From an uncultured Acidobacteriaceae bacterium (lineage in GTDB: Bacteria > Acidobacteriota > Terriglobia > Terriglobales > Acidobacteriaceae), in NCBI GenBank assembly GCA_963822025.1, contig CAWGFW010000002.1:23068-87067 (forward strand): DNA of 64,000 bases, read 5' to 3'. Under the pieces are notes generated by a model that ran no database searches, was not told where the DNA came from, and saw nothing but the letters and a program-made list of their open reading frames with translations. Positions 1 to 9,166 of this stretch are shown here, piece after piece (the stretch's first letter is position 1; the number at the start of each line of letters is the position of its first letter). Made by a program: the position numbers and the translations under genes.

Positions 1-1068
1 GCGAACGCAGGAGCTGTGTTCAAACTAAACCGCAGCGGAAACGAGACCGTGCTTCACAGCTTTTGCTCACAAACAAACTGCACGGATGGAGCATTCCCCG
101 CGGCGGGATTGGTGTTGGACTCGCAAGGCAACCTATATGGAACCACGGGCCTGGGCGGAGCAAACTATAACGGCCTTTACGGCGGGGGAACAGTATTCGA
201 GGTGTCCAGCACCGGCACCGAAACCGTGCTCTACAGCTTTTGCTCAAATGCGAAATGCACCGATGGCGCGAGACCCGCCGGTTTAGCGATAGATGCTCAA
301 GGCAACTTGTACGGCACAACTGGCTCCGGAGGTGGTTATTCCAGGGCGTGTGAAAATCTCCCGTGTGGGACGGTCTTTAGAGTATCTCGGGCTCATGGAG
401 AAAATAAGGAGACTCGACTTTACAGCTTCACCGGTAAGTCGGATGGAGGGGTTCCAGGAGCGGGCCTGCTTCGAGACGCTAAAGGAAACTTATACGGTAC
501 TTCTACCTTCTCATCCGGAGACGGTTGGGGGACAGTGTTTCGCGTAGCTTTGGCAGCTGGGAAATGGACTCAGAGCACGCTCTACCGCTTCAGCGGGGGG
601 CCAGACACAGGACCTTATGCGGGTTTAATTATGGACGCACAAGGAAACCTGTACGGTACCACCAATGGGGATGGCACTTTTGACGATGGAACCGTCTTCA
701 AACTCGACACGTCGGGAAATGAGACCGTTCTTCACAGCTTCAGTGGAACGAATGGCGATGGTGGCAGTCCGCGAGCTGAGTTAGTGCTAGATGGACAAGG
801 CAATCTTTACGGTACAACGGTTGCTGGCGGCGATTCCTCCTGTGATCCTCCATACGGCTGCGGAACGGTTTTCAAGTTAGATACGAGCGGTAACGAGACA
901 GTGCTTCATAGCTTTAGCGGCGATGCGGACGGCTCGTTTCCGTATGCGGGTTTAGTCCTGGACGGTCAAGGAAATCTGTACGGTACTACCTTTAACGGGG
1001 GATTAAACACCTGCGACAATGGGGCTTCTGGCGAAGGATGCGGAGTTGTGTTTAAGCTAACTCCTTAA
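1..1068 (+). CDS. GloVer-type tandem-repeat protein, 5' partial
   Basis: Frame 1 is open from nt 1 (..AVFKLN precedes the listed Met at 16). At least 6 copies of a ~50-60 aa unit GNLYGTT..GG..GTVF(K/R)(L/V)..G.ETVL(H/Y)SF, the pattern I recall for GloVer repeats. Stop at 1066-1068. Confidence 0.75.
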   Translation, partial: ANAGAVFKLNRSGNETVLHSFCSQTNCTDGAFPAAGLVLDSQGNLYGTTGLGGANYNGLYGGGTVFEVSSTGTETVLYSFCSNAKCTDGARPAGLAIDAQGNLYGTTGSGGGYSRACENLPCGTVFRVSRAHGENKETRLYSFTGKSDGGVPGAGLLRDAKGNLYGTSTFSSGDGWGTVFRVALAAGKWTQSTLYRFSGGPDTGPYAGLIMDAQGNLYGTTNGDGTFDDGTVFKLDTSGNETVLHSFSGTNGDGGSPRAELVLDGQGNLYGTTVAGGDSSCDPPYGCGTVFKLDTSGNETVLHSFSGDADGSFPYAGLVLDGQGNLYGTTFNGGLNTCDNGASGEGCGVVFKLTP

Positions 1069-1521
1069 CTAGCGGTGGCTCTCCTATAGGTGCGTAGCAC
1101 AAAACTCGTCATATTTGGCGAAACATCGCAATTACACCAACAACCTCTAGTTCCCTAGTCCGATTCATCACAAACACCCAGTGCGCCCCATCACATACAT
1201 CTATCTCACCAACTGCAACAATCTTCCCTCATCATCGATTCGGCAGCAGCGCGCCCGTCCTAAGCGGCGGAAATCGACGCTGCTCGAAAGACATTTTCAG
1301 CGCTCTTTGACATCTTGAGTCGTCTATCGGGACCAACTCGGAACCAGTCGAAATGGGCACCTAATCTAATTCTCTCCTAACTCCTTATTCCGCAATACTT
1401 TCATATAAGTCCTTACGATTCAAAGACCGAGCTCAAAAAATCCCGCCAACCCCATGATTCCATAAGACCGAGGGGGAGGGGGGTATCAGTACTAACTGGA
1501 TAACACCTCCGCATTGCCATA

Positions 1522-1549
1522 CATTTCCCATTTCATATTTCATATTAGG
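1522..1549 (+). repeat. period-7 degenerate tandem tract (CATTTCC CATTTCA TATTTCA TATTAGG)
   Basis: Four contiguous heptamers read directly. The tract ends 10 nt before ATG 1560 and runs into its AGGAG Shine-Dalgarno. Confidence 0.6.
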
Positions 1550-1559
1550 AGTCACCAAA

Positions 1560-2090
1560 ATGCCCTTATATCCAGCATCCATCAAACGATGTCAGCACAT
1601 TAAAATCAACGGTACCCAATGCGGTTCCCCCGCCCTCCGCGACAGCACTCATTGCTACTATCACATTCGCTACCACTGGCCTGAGTTCAACGCTCTGGCT
1701 GACAACCTCGGCATACGCGTCCCCCTGCCCACGCTTGAGGATGCAAACTCCATTCAAGCAGCGCTGGCCAACGTGATGGAACGTCTTATCATGTCGGAGA
1801 TCGATCACAAGTCCGCTGCGCTAATGCTCTATGCCTTGCAGACCGCGTCCATCAATCTGAAACGAACTTCGCTCGAACCCGAACTGCCAACCCAGGTAGT
1901 CATCGACCGCAAGTCAGTTGCCGACCGTCCAATCGGCGCCTCTGCCTGGTCCAGAGTCGAAGGCCGCGAGTATGACGATCTGACCGAACAAGCTGAGGCT
2001 GAAGGAGAGCCCGAACATAAGCAGCCAGAAAAGGTGGCCTTCGACCTGCGAGTGCCCAACCTTTCGAAGGCCGCATCAACTGAGAACTGA
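1560..2090 (+). CDS. hypothetical protein with N-terminal Cys/His cluster
   Basis: 176-aa ORF with AGGAG 9 nt upstream. N-terminus is C-x9-C-x12-HC-x2-H (CQHIKINGTQCGSPALRDSTHCYYH), zinc-ribbon-like. No family recognised. Confidence 0.55.
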   Translation: MPLYPASIKRCQHIKINGTQCGSPALRDSTHCYYHIRYHWPEFNALADNLGIRVPLPTLEDANSIQAALANVMERLIMSEIDHKSAALMLYALQTASINLKRTSLEPELPTQVVIDRKSVADRPIGASAWSRVEGREYDDLTEQAEAEGEPEHKQPEKVAFDLRVPNLSKAASTEN

Positions 2091-2112
2091 CAACTGACGA
2101 CTGAGAGCTGAT
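2078..2112 (+). repeat. period-7 tandem tract (AACTGAG AACTGAC AACTGAC GACTGAG AGCTGAT)
   Basis: Five contiguous heptamers. Spans the TGA stop (2088-2090) of the upstream ORF and ends 30 nt before the rph ATG. Confidence 0.7.
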
Positions 2113-2142
2113 TCGCGCGCACGACTGTTAAAATTCCCTCAC

Positions 2143-2880
2143 ATGATCTTTCGCAGCGACAACCGCGCTCCCGACCAGCTTCGACCCGTCAATATCGTTC
2201 CCGATTTCATCTCCACCGCCGAAGGCTCGGCGCTGATCGAGATGGGCAACACGCGCGTCATCTGCACCGCGTCGATAGAAGAAACAGTCCCGCCCTTCCT
2301 CCGCAATTCAGGCAAGGGATGGATCTCCGGCGAGTACGGAATGCTGCCACGCTCGACCCTGACCCGCAGCGCGCGCGAAGCGGCCAAGGGAAAGCAAAGC
2401 GGCCGCACGCAGGAGATTCAGCGCCTCATCGGCCGTTCGCTGCGCGCAGTAGCCGATCTTCAGCGCATGGGCGAACGCACCATCTGGATCGACTGTGACG
2501 TCATCCAGGCCGACGGCGGCACGCGCACCGCCTCGATCACCGGAGCATTCGTCGCGCTCGGCCTCGCTTTGCAGCGTCTGGTCGATGCCGGGACCTTGAC
2601 TGCGGCTCCGATCAAAGATTTTGTAGCTGCCATCAGTGTCGGAATCGTCGATGGAGAAGCGCTTCTCGATCTGAATTACGAAGAAGACTCGCGCGCCGAT
2701 GTAGACATGAATTTCGTAATGACCGCAGGCAACAAAATCGTCGAACTGCAAGCCACCGCTGAGCACCAGGTATTCGACGACGCGCAACTCGCGAAGATGA
2801 TGGCGCTCGCGAGGCAAGGCATCCAGTCGCTGATCGCCAAACAACAAACCCTGCTCGGAACGCTCTCCCTGCGGCAGTAA
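2143..2880 (+). CDS. rph: ribonuclease PH
   Basis: 245 aa. The N-terminal R.DGR/R.D.LRP-type motif ([13 protein letters not shown]), ..[17 protein letters not shown].. and ..[19 protein letters not shown].. match the RNase PH family over full length. Confidence 0.95.
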   Translation: MIFRSDNRAPDQLRPVNIVPDFISTAEGSALIEMGNTRVICTASIEETVPPFLRNSGKGWISGEYGMLPRSTLTRSAREAAKGKQSGRTQEIQRLIGRSLRAVADLQRMGERTIWIDCDVIQADGGTRTASITGAFVALGLALQRLVDAGTLTAAPIKDFVAAISVGIVDGEALLDLNYEEDSRADVDMNFVMTAGNKIVELQATAEHQVFDDAQLAKMMALARQGIQSLIAKQQTLLGTLSLRQ

Positions 2881-3063
2881 ATCGGAGGCCGTGACCTTCA
2901 GATTAGGCGCACCAGCGATACTCTTTTGAGTTGTCATCCCGAGCGAAGCGAGGGGTCTGCAGTCCACCGATTCGGGACGATAATCAGGCCTCAATGATTA
3001 TTCCCCGCGCAGTGCTCGTGGTTTAGAATTGTCTGTTGTAGGCATTGATTGATCGGAGGACTT

Positions 3064-4072
3064 ATGAAACTCACCCCCGGTAAACTCACCGGCATGAAAG
3101 CCGTTTCAAACGACCATGGCGTAATCGCCGCCGCCGCCATGGACCAGCGCGGCTCCCTGCAGAAATCGCTCGCCAAAGAAAAGGGTTCCGCCGTTTCTGA
3201 CTCAATGATGGAAGAATTCAAGATTTTGGTGAGCGAAGTGCTCACGCCTCATGCCAGCGCAATCCTGCTCGATCCAGAGTGGGGCCTGCCCGCTTCAAAG
3301 CGCCGTGCAAAAAACGCCGGCCTGCTCCTCGCCTATGAAAAAACCGGCTACGACAAGACCGGTCCCGGACGTTCTCGGCGACCTACTCGATCATTGGTCG
3401 GTGCGCCGCCTGAAAGAAGCTGGCGCGGATTGCATCAAGATTCTCCTCTACTACACTCCCTTCGATTCGAGAGATGTTAACGACAAAAAGCACGCCTGGG
3501 TCGAGCGTCTGGGCGATGAGTGCCGCGCCAATGACATTCCATTCTTCCTCGAGTTCGTCGTCTACGAGGAAGGCGTGGACGAGAAAGGCTTCGACTTCTC
3601 AAAGAAAAAACCGAAGGCCGTAATCGAAAGCATGCGCGAGTTCACCAAAGACCGCTACGGCGTCAACGTCATGAAGGTGGAAGTTCCCATCAACATGAAA
3701 TTTGTCGAAGGCACGAAATCGTACAAAGGTGAGAAAGCCTATTCGAAGCAGGAGGCGATGAAGCACTTCCAGGAAGCAGCCGCCGTCGCAACCAAGCCCT
3801 TCATCTATCTGTCAGCGGGTGTAAGCAATGCCGAGTTCACCGAGTCGCTCGAACTCGCGGCCGAGTCAGGCGTGAAATTCAACGGCGTGCTCTGCGGCCG
3901 CGCCACGTGGAAAGACGGCATCCCGATCTACGCGAAACACGGCGCCAATGCTTTCCGTAAGTGGCTGGAAGACGAAGGCGTGAAAAACATCAATAACGTA
4001 AACGACCGCCTGAAGGCCGCCACCAGTTGGTATTCAATCTACGGAGTAGAGCCGGCGCTAGCGCACGTGTAA
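3064..4072 (+). pseudogene. class I tagatose-1,6-bisphosphate aldolase (LacD-like), interrupted by a +1 frameshift near 3372/3373
   Basis: ORF 3049-3480 carries the N-terminal part (..AMDQRGSL.., LLLAYEKTGYD). ORF 3251-4072 in the next frame carries the rest (LLDHWSVRRLKEAGAD.IK.LLYY, VMKVEVP.NM, LSAGV, GVLCGRATW). Removing one T of cgTTctc restores ..PGRLGDLLDHW... GGAGGA precedes ATG 3064. Confidence 0.8.
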
Positions 4073-4095
4073 ATGAAATTTGTTCCAAATGCAGG

Positions 4096-4124
4096 GGCGG
4101 GTCCTCGGACCCGCCTTTGTTGTT
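4096..4124 (+). terminator. intrinsic terminator
   Basis: GGCGGGTC-CTCG-GACCCGCC (8-bp stem, tetraloop) followed by TTTGTTGTT, 24 nt after the aldolase stop. Confidence 0.7.
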
Positions 4125-4127
4125 GCC

Positions 4128-4162
4128 GAATGCTGAATGCCAAGTGCTAATTGCTAACCACT
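4128..4162 (+). repeat. period-7 tandem tract (GAATGCT GAATGCC AAGTGCT AATTGCT AACCACT)
   Basis: Five contiguous heptamers with consensus RANTGCT. Ends 2 nt before ATG 4165. No Shine-Dalgarno between tract and start. Confidence 0.7.
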
Positions 4163-4164
4163 AA

Positions 4165-4950
4165 ATGCCGACTCCCAACCGTAAAACCGCCCTCATCACC
4201 GGCGCCTCCTTCGGCATCGGAATGGAATTAACTCGCATCTTCGCGCGCGAAGGCTACAATCTCGTTCTCGTCGCCCGCACCGCGGATAAACTGCGGCAGA
4301 TCGCCTCCGAACTCGAAAAAGCCCATGGCACACGCTCGCTGATTTTGGCCATCGATCTGACCGATCCCGGAGCTCCCGCCTATGTACTCGATCAGACCAC
4401 GCGCGCCGACCTTCAGATCGATGTGCTGGTCAACAACGCCGGCTTCGGACAGTATGGTCGATTTGCCGAGAACGATCTGGAAGAATGCCTGCGTCAGATC
4501 CAACTCAACATAACGACGCTCACCCATCTGACGCGCCTCTATCTGCCAATGATGATTGAGCGAAAGAGCGGACGCATCCTGAACGTCGCTTCCACCGCGG
4601 CGTTTCAGGCGGGGCCGCTGATGGCCGTCTATTACGCCACCAAAGCCTACGTTCTGCACTTCTCGGAAGCAATCGCCAATGAACTGAATGGAACGGGCGT
4701 CACCGTCACCTGCCTCTGCCCCGGTCCTACTGTCACGGAGTTCCTCCAACGCGCAAAAATGGAGGGCATTCGGTTAGCGAAGTTCGGCGCTATGGATGCC
4801 CGCACGGTCGCGGAAGATGGTTATCGCGCCCTGATGGCAGGCAAGCCAGTAGTAATTTCAGGATTCAAGAACTGGCTGGTAGCGCAGTCAGTGCGCTTCG
4901 CACCCAGGCGAATGGTTACCGCCGTAGCAAGAAAATTGCAGGAAAAATAG
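4165..4950 (+). CDS. SDR family oxidoreductase
   Basis: 261 aa. TGASFGIG cofactor motif, NNAG, and catalytic Y-x3-K (YYATK). Confidence 0.9.
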   Translation: MPTPNRKTALITGASFGIGMELTRIFAREGYNLVLVARTADKLRQIASELEKAHGTRSLILAIDLTDPGAPAYVLDQTTRADLQIDVLVNNAGFGQYGRFAENDLEECLRQIQLNITTLTHLTRLYLPMMIERKSGRILNVASTAAFQAGPLMAVYYATKAYVLHFSEAIANELNGTGVTVTCLCPGPTVTEFLQRAKMEGIRLAKFGAMDARTVAEDGYRALMAGKPVVISGFKNWLVAQSVRFAPRRMVTAVARKLQEK

Positions 4951-4952
4951 CC

Positions 4953-5213
4953 CTACCTGGCGAGAAGCCGATATATTTCCGTCACTGCGATACACGCAAA
5001 CCAGCAACCTGCAACGCAAATGACCATGCCGACTGCGCGACTGCCGAGTTTCATAATCGGAGCCAGACCCTTGGGGCCAGGATACATCCAGCGAGGAGTA
5101 GGACCGCCGATTGCTTCCGTGAGTCTGTCCCATCGCGCAGGCAAGAAGCACATCGTGAATCCCCACGCTGCGGCAAACAGCCCTATCAGTAGCATCCCGA
5201 GAAGAATCAACAT
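4953..5213 (-). CDS. small membrane protein (hypothetical)
   Basis: 86-aa ORF filling the gap between convergent genes. Two clear hydrophobic helices at the N- and C-termini. No family recognised. Confidence 0.45.
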   Translation of the reverse strand: MLILLGMLLIGLFAAAWGFTMCFLPARWDRLTEAIGGPTPRWMYPGPKGLAPIMKLGSRAVGMVICVAGCWFACIAVTEIYRLLAR

Positions 5214-5250
5214 AGCGTCCTTCGAACGCCGTGCCCCTGCAACAGCGTAT

Positions 5251-6867
5251 CTAACGCAAGACTTCCTGAGTGGTCTTCCGCCCTTCGAGCGCGGCCTGCA
5301 CGCGGCTGTGCTTCCGGCTATAGCTGAAATAAACTACCATTCCAATCACCAGCCAGATAATCAATCGCGCCCAGTTGATCCAACCCAGTTTGTACATCAT
5401 GTAGCCATTGAAAATAATTCCCATGACCGGCACAAACGGCACCCAGGGCGTGCGAAACGGACGAGGCTGGTCAGGGTTGGTGTGGCGCAACGCCATGACA
5501 GCGACGCAGACAATCACAAACGCCAGCAGCGTTCCGATATTGACCATCTTTCCGATATCGTCGATCGGAGTCAGCGCCCCCACAATCGCCGCCAGCAAGC
5601 CGACGAGCATCGTGTTCTTCCAAGGCGTCCTAAAGCGCGGATGAATATCCGCAAAGAATTTCTTCGGCAACAGCCCGTCATTCGCCATTGAATACAACAC
5701 GCGAGTCTGCCCCAGCAGCATGACTAGCATCACGCTAGTCAGACCGGCCAGCGCGCCGAGCGTAATGATATTGGAAGCGCCAACAAGGCCTCGATCCAGA
5801 AAGGCGCGCGCAATCGGCGCTTCAATATTCACTTCTTTCCAGGGCACCATCCCCGTCAGAACCGCCGCGACCGCGATATACAAAACTGTACATACCAGCA
5901 ACGAGGCGATGATTCCGATCGGTAAATCACGCTGCGGATTCTTCGCCTCCTGCGCCGTGGTCGAAACCGCATCGAATCCGATGTACGCGAAAAAGATGTA
6001 AGCCGCTCCGGCCCCTATACCGGAGAATCCGTAAGGCGCAAATGTCGACCAACTCGAACCCCAGTTGGCCGCGCTGATGTAACGTATGCCCAACCCGATG
6101 ACAAATAAAACCACCCCCACTTTGATCGTGACGATGGTTGCGTTGAAGCGAGCACTCTCTTTAATACCAATTACCAGAATCGCCGTAATCACCAGAGCAA
6201 TCACAAAGGCTGGCAAGTTAAAGCCAATTTCAGATCCGAACAGGTGCGGAGCGTTCAGCAGATCGTGACCCTTCTGCACCAACTCCGGCGATTGCGCTCC
6301 CATGATCGCAGTGACCTTATCCAGGAAAGCCTGCGTGCCTGCCACAAGCGTGGAGTCGGATGCTGTCGCCATCTGGCGAGCAACGATTTTTTCCGCCTGA
6401 TCGAGTCCAGTCCAATGGTCATAGGCCAGCCACAACGGCATCCTGATATGAAAAATATTGAGCAGTTCGATGAAGTGATTCGACCATCCTGACGAGACCG
6501 TGCTCGCGCCCATGGCGTATTCGAGTGTGAGGTCCCACCCGATAATCCAGGCAATAATCTCGCCCAGCGTAGCGTACGCGTAGGTGTATGCGCTGCCGGC
6601 CAACGGAATCATGGCCGCGAACTCCGCGTAGCAGAGCGCCGCAAAGGTGCAACCCAGGCCGGAAAGGACAAACGACAACATCAGGCCCGGCCCGGCGTAG
6701 TGCGCGCCCAATCCCGAGAGAACGAAAATTCCAGCCCCGATGACGGCACCCACGCCGAGCGCCGTCAACTGAAACACGCCCAGCGTGCGCTTCAGACTAT
6801 GCGAGCCCGTCTCTCGCGCCTCTTCCATCAACAACCCAAGCGGCTTTTTCGCAAAGAGGTCAGTCAT
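5251..6867 (-). CDS. APC-family amino acid permease
   Basis: 538 aa, about 12 TM segments. N-terminal ..LKR.LG...L...G.GA.IG.GIFV..G motif typical of APC/CAT transporters. Confidence 0.9.
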   Translation of the reverse strand: MTDLFAKKPLGLLMEEARETGSHSLKRTLGVFQLTALGVGAVIGAGIFVLSGLGAHYAGPGLMLSFVLSGLGCTFAALCYAEFAAMIPLAGSAYTYAYATLGEIIAWIIGWDLTLEYAMGASTVSSGWSNHFIELLNIFHIRMPLWLAYDHWTGLDQAEKIVARQMATASDSTLVAGTQAFLDKVTAIMGAQSPELVQKGHDLLNAPHLFGSEIGFNLPAFVIALVITAILVIGIKESARFNATIVTIKVGVVLFVIGLGIRYISAANWGSSWSTFAPYGFSGIGAGAAYIFFAYIGFDAVSTTAQEAKNPQRDLPIGIIASLLVCTVLYIAVAAVLTGMVPWKEVNIEAPIARAFLDRGLVGASNIITLGALAGLTSVMLVMLLGQTRVLYSMANDGLLPKKFFADIHPRFRTPWKNTMLVGLLAAIVGALTPIDDIGKMVNIGTLLAFVIVCVAVMALRHTNPDQPRPFRTPWVPFVPVMGIIFNGYMMYKLGWINWARLIIWLVIGMVVYFSYSRKHSRVQAALEGRKTTQEVLR

Positions 6868-6922
6868 CCGTGACGTTTCTCCTATTTACTTAGGACCAGT
6901 GTAGTCACAATCGCAGTTTAAT

Positions 6923-8485
6923 CTAAGCCGCCTCGCCGCGCGGCCGCCAGATGTAATACACCGGAATTCCCAGCAGCACGATAAACAACCCTGGCCAAGT
7001 ATATTGCGGCTTGTAGCGTAAGAGCACAATATCAATAAACAAAGCCATCACGATATAAACCGCTGGCAGAATCGGATACCCCACGGCCTTATACGGACGC
7101 TCCGCCTCAGGATGAGTGCGCCGCAAAACAAATAATCCAAAGATGGTGAGCACATAAAACACAAGCACGGCAAAAATAATGTAGTCGAGCAACTGGCCGT
7201 AGCTTCCCGAGATGCAAAGCACGCAAGTCCACACCATCTGGACCATCAGAGAAACAGCGGGCGTCTTATAGCCAGGATGCAACCGGGCCACGCCGCGAAA
7301 AAACAGCCCGTCCTTAGCCATCGCGTAATAAACGCGCGCGCCCGAGAGAATCAATCCATTGGCGCAACCGAAGGTCGAGATCATGATGGCAACGGCCATC
7401 AAGCCTCCACCAAAAGAACCGAACATCTGAGTCATGACCGCAGTGGCGACTCTTTCCTCCGTGGCATACTGAATGCCCCGTTCCAGCAGTGTCGTTCCGT
7501 TGGGGCTGCCGGCCAGCGGCAGCGCGCTCAGATAAACAAAGTTGCACGCAATATACAGCGCAATCACGACGCCCGTTCCCAGCGCCAGTGACAGCGGAAG
7601 ATTGCGGCTCGGATTTTTGACCTCGCCGGCGGTGAATGTAACGTTATTCCATGCGTCCGAAGAGAAGAGCGACCCGACCTGCGCAATCGCCAGCACCGTC
7701 AGCGTCGAGACAAGCACGCTGGCGCCCATTCCACCAACGTCATGCAGCGCACCGAGACCAGCGTTGTGCCAGAAGTTGGCTCCAAAGTTCGCAGCGATCG
7801 CCTGCGCGTTGCGACCAAGAAGCACCCCGAAGATGACTAGACCGAGCAGCGCTGAAACTTTGGCGGTTGTAAAAATGTTCTGGATCAACGCACCTGTCTT
7901 TACGCCGAAGATATTAATAATCGACAGCAAAACTACAACCAGGATGGCGACGAGGTTCTGCGTATTCAGTCCGACATCCATGCCGCCAAGCAGCATCGGG
8001 CCAATCGCAAATTTCGGCACTTTCCACAGGTGGATGATCCAATGCGTCGAAGAAATCGACGGCCAGAAAATTCCAAGGAATTTGCCGAAAGCCACGCCCA
8101 CCGCGGCGATTGTGCCCGTCTGAATCACCAGAAACAAAGTCCAGCCGTAGAGAAATCCCCACAGCGGCCCCAGCGACTCGCGCAGATAAACGTATTGCCC
8201 ACCTGCCCGCGGCATCATCGCCGCCAGTTCGCCATAAGTAAGCGCGCCGACAATCGTCAAAAAACCGGTAATGACCCATGCGCCAATCAGCAGCGCCGGC
8301 GAAGCAACCTCGCGCGAAATCTCGGCGGAGACAATAAAGATGCCCGAGCCGATCATCGACCCCATCACCAGCATGGTGGCGCTGGTCAGCCCAAGGCCTT
8401 TAACGAGTTCCTGATCCTGATGAGTATGGCGCTCCCAATCGCTGATCTTCGAAGCCGGATTCGGCGCTTGAACTTTGGTACTCAC
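6923..8485 (-). CDS. APC-family amino acid permease
   Basis: 520 aa polytopic membrane protein. ..MGSMIGSGIF.. signature. Paralogue-like neighbour of 5251-6867. Confidence 0.9.
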   Translation of the reverse strand: MSTKVQAPNPASKISDWERHTHQDQELVKGLGLTSATMLVMGSMIGSGIFIVSAEISREVASPALLIGAWVITGFLTIVGALTYGELAAMMPRAGGQYVYLRESLGPLWGFLYGWTLFLVIQTGTIAAVGVAFGKFLGIFWPSISSTHWIIHLWKVPKFAIGPMLLGGMDVGLNTQNLVAILVVVLLSIINIFGVKTGALIQNIFTTAKVSALLGLVIFGVLLGRNAQAIAANFGANFWHNAGLGALHDVGGMGASVLVSTLTVLAIAQVGSLFSSDAWNNVTFTAGEVKNPSRNLPLSLALGTGVVIALYIACNFVYLSALPLAGSPNGTTLLERGIQYATEERVATAVMTQMFGSFGGGLMAVAIMISTFGCANGLILSGARVYYAMAKDGLFFRGVARLHPGYKTPAVSLMVQMVWTCVLCISGSYGQLLDYIIFAVLVFYVLTIFGLFVLRRTHPEAERPYKAVGYPILPAVYIVMALFIDIVLLRYKPQYTWPGLFIVLLGIPVYYIWRPRGEAA

Positions 8486-8515
8486 GACTCTCCTAAAAAA
8501 TGTAGGTGCCCCACT

Positions 8516-9130
8516 TTACCCCAGAATTCTGAAAAATTCTTCTGCTGATTCGCGGGGATCCCGTAACAAGTCGGATATCACCGCGATCGAGTCAGCCCCC
8601 GCGTCGATGACCGAGGGCGCGTTAGCGCGCGTAATGCCTCCAATCGCGACCAAAGGCTTGCGCGTCAGTTCCCGCGCCCGGCGCAGGCCTTCGAGGCCAA
8701 CAACTGGATCAGGATTGGCTTTGCTGCCGGTGGCGAAGATCGGTCCAATGGCCAAGTAGTCCGCGGAGGTCTTATCGGCTTCGTCTAATTGTTCAGGATT
8801 ATGCGTCGACACTCCCAGCCAACGACCAGGTCCAATAATGCGCCGCGCTGATTCGGGGAGTAGATCGTCCTGCCCTACGTGTAGTCCGTCGAAACCAGCC
8901 CCCAGGCAAAGATCGGCACGATCGTTCATGATGAGCTTGACGCTTGGTCCGAGTAGCGCCCTGAGTTTGCGCGCCTCTTCGAGCATCAGTCGGGCAGTGC
9001 CCGACTTATTGCGATATTGAAGCAGCGTGATTCCAGCAGCCGCGAGTTCTTCTGCCGCGGCCAACATTTCCGCAGAGTCGCCGAAACATGCAGGGTCGAG
9101 GATCGGATAGAGGCGGGGAAGCTGCAACAT
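8516..9130 (-). CDS. thiE: thiamine-phosphate synthase
   Basis: 204 aa. LYPILD.., ..QYRNK.., ..NDR.DL....DG.H.GQ.D.., ..G.S.H.. and ..DY...GP.F.T.SK.. match the ThiE layout. Confidence 0.9.
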   Translation of the reverse strand: MLQLPRLYPILDPACFGDSAEMLAAAEELAAAGITLLQYRNKSGTARLMLEEARKLRALLGPSVKLIMNDRADLCLGAGFDGLHVGQDDLLPESARRIIGPGRWLGVSTHNPEQLDEADKTSADYLAIGPIFATGSKANPDPVVGLEGLRRARELTRKPLVAIGGITRANAPSVIDAGADSIAVISDLLRDPRESAEEFFRILG

Positions 9131-9166
9131 AGGCTCAACTGCATAGACGCGGCTAGGCCGCAGTAA

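Noticed and set aside
3251-3373. N-terminal 41 codons (MPAQSCSIQSGACP...) of the listed 273-aa ORF
   Set aside because: This is the out-of-frame read of the aldolase N-terminal half. Similarity to LacD begins only after the frameshift point.
2078-4162. Heptamer tracts as CRISPR-like or coding repeats
   Set aside because: The units are 7 nt with no spacers, the arrays are only 28-35 nt, no cas genes are present, and a period of 7 is incompatible with a reading frame.
5020-5691. 223-aa ORF overlapping the small membrane protein gene and the 3' end of the permease on the opposite strand
   Set aside because: It is Arg/His/Pro-rich and overlaps two better-supported minus-strand genes.
9131-9166. 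TPP riboswitch upstream of thiE
   Set aside because: Only 36 nt separate thiE from the accC stop, which is too short for a THI element. No CTGAGA..ACCTGA motif is present.
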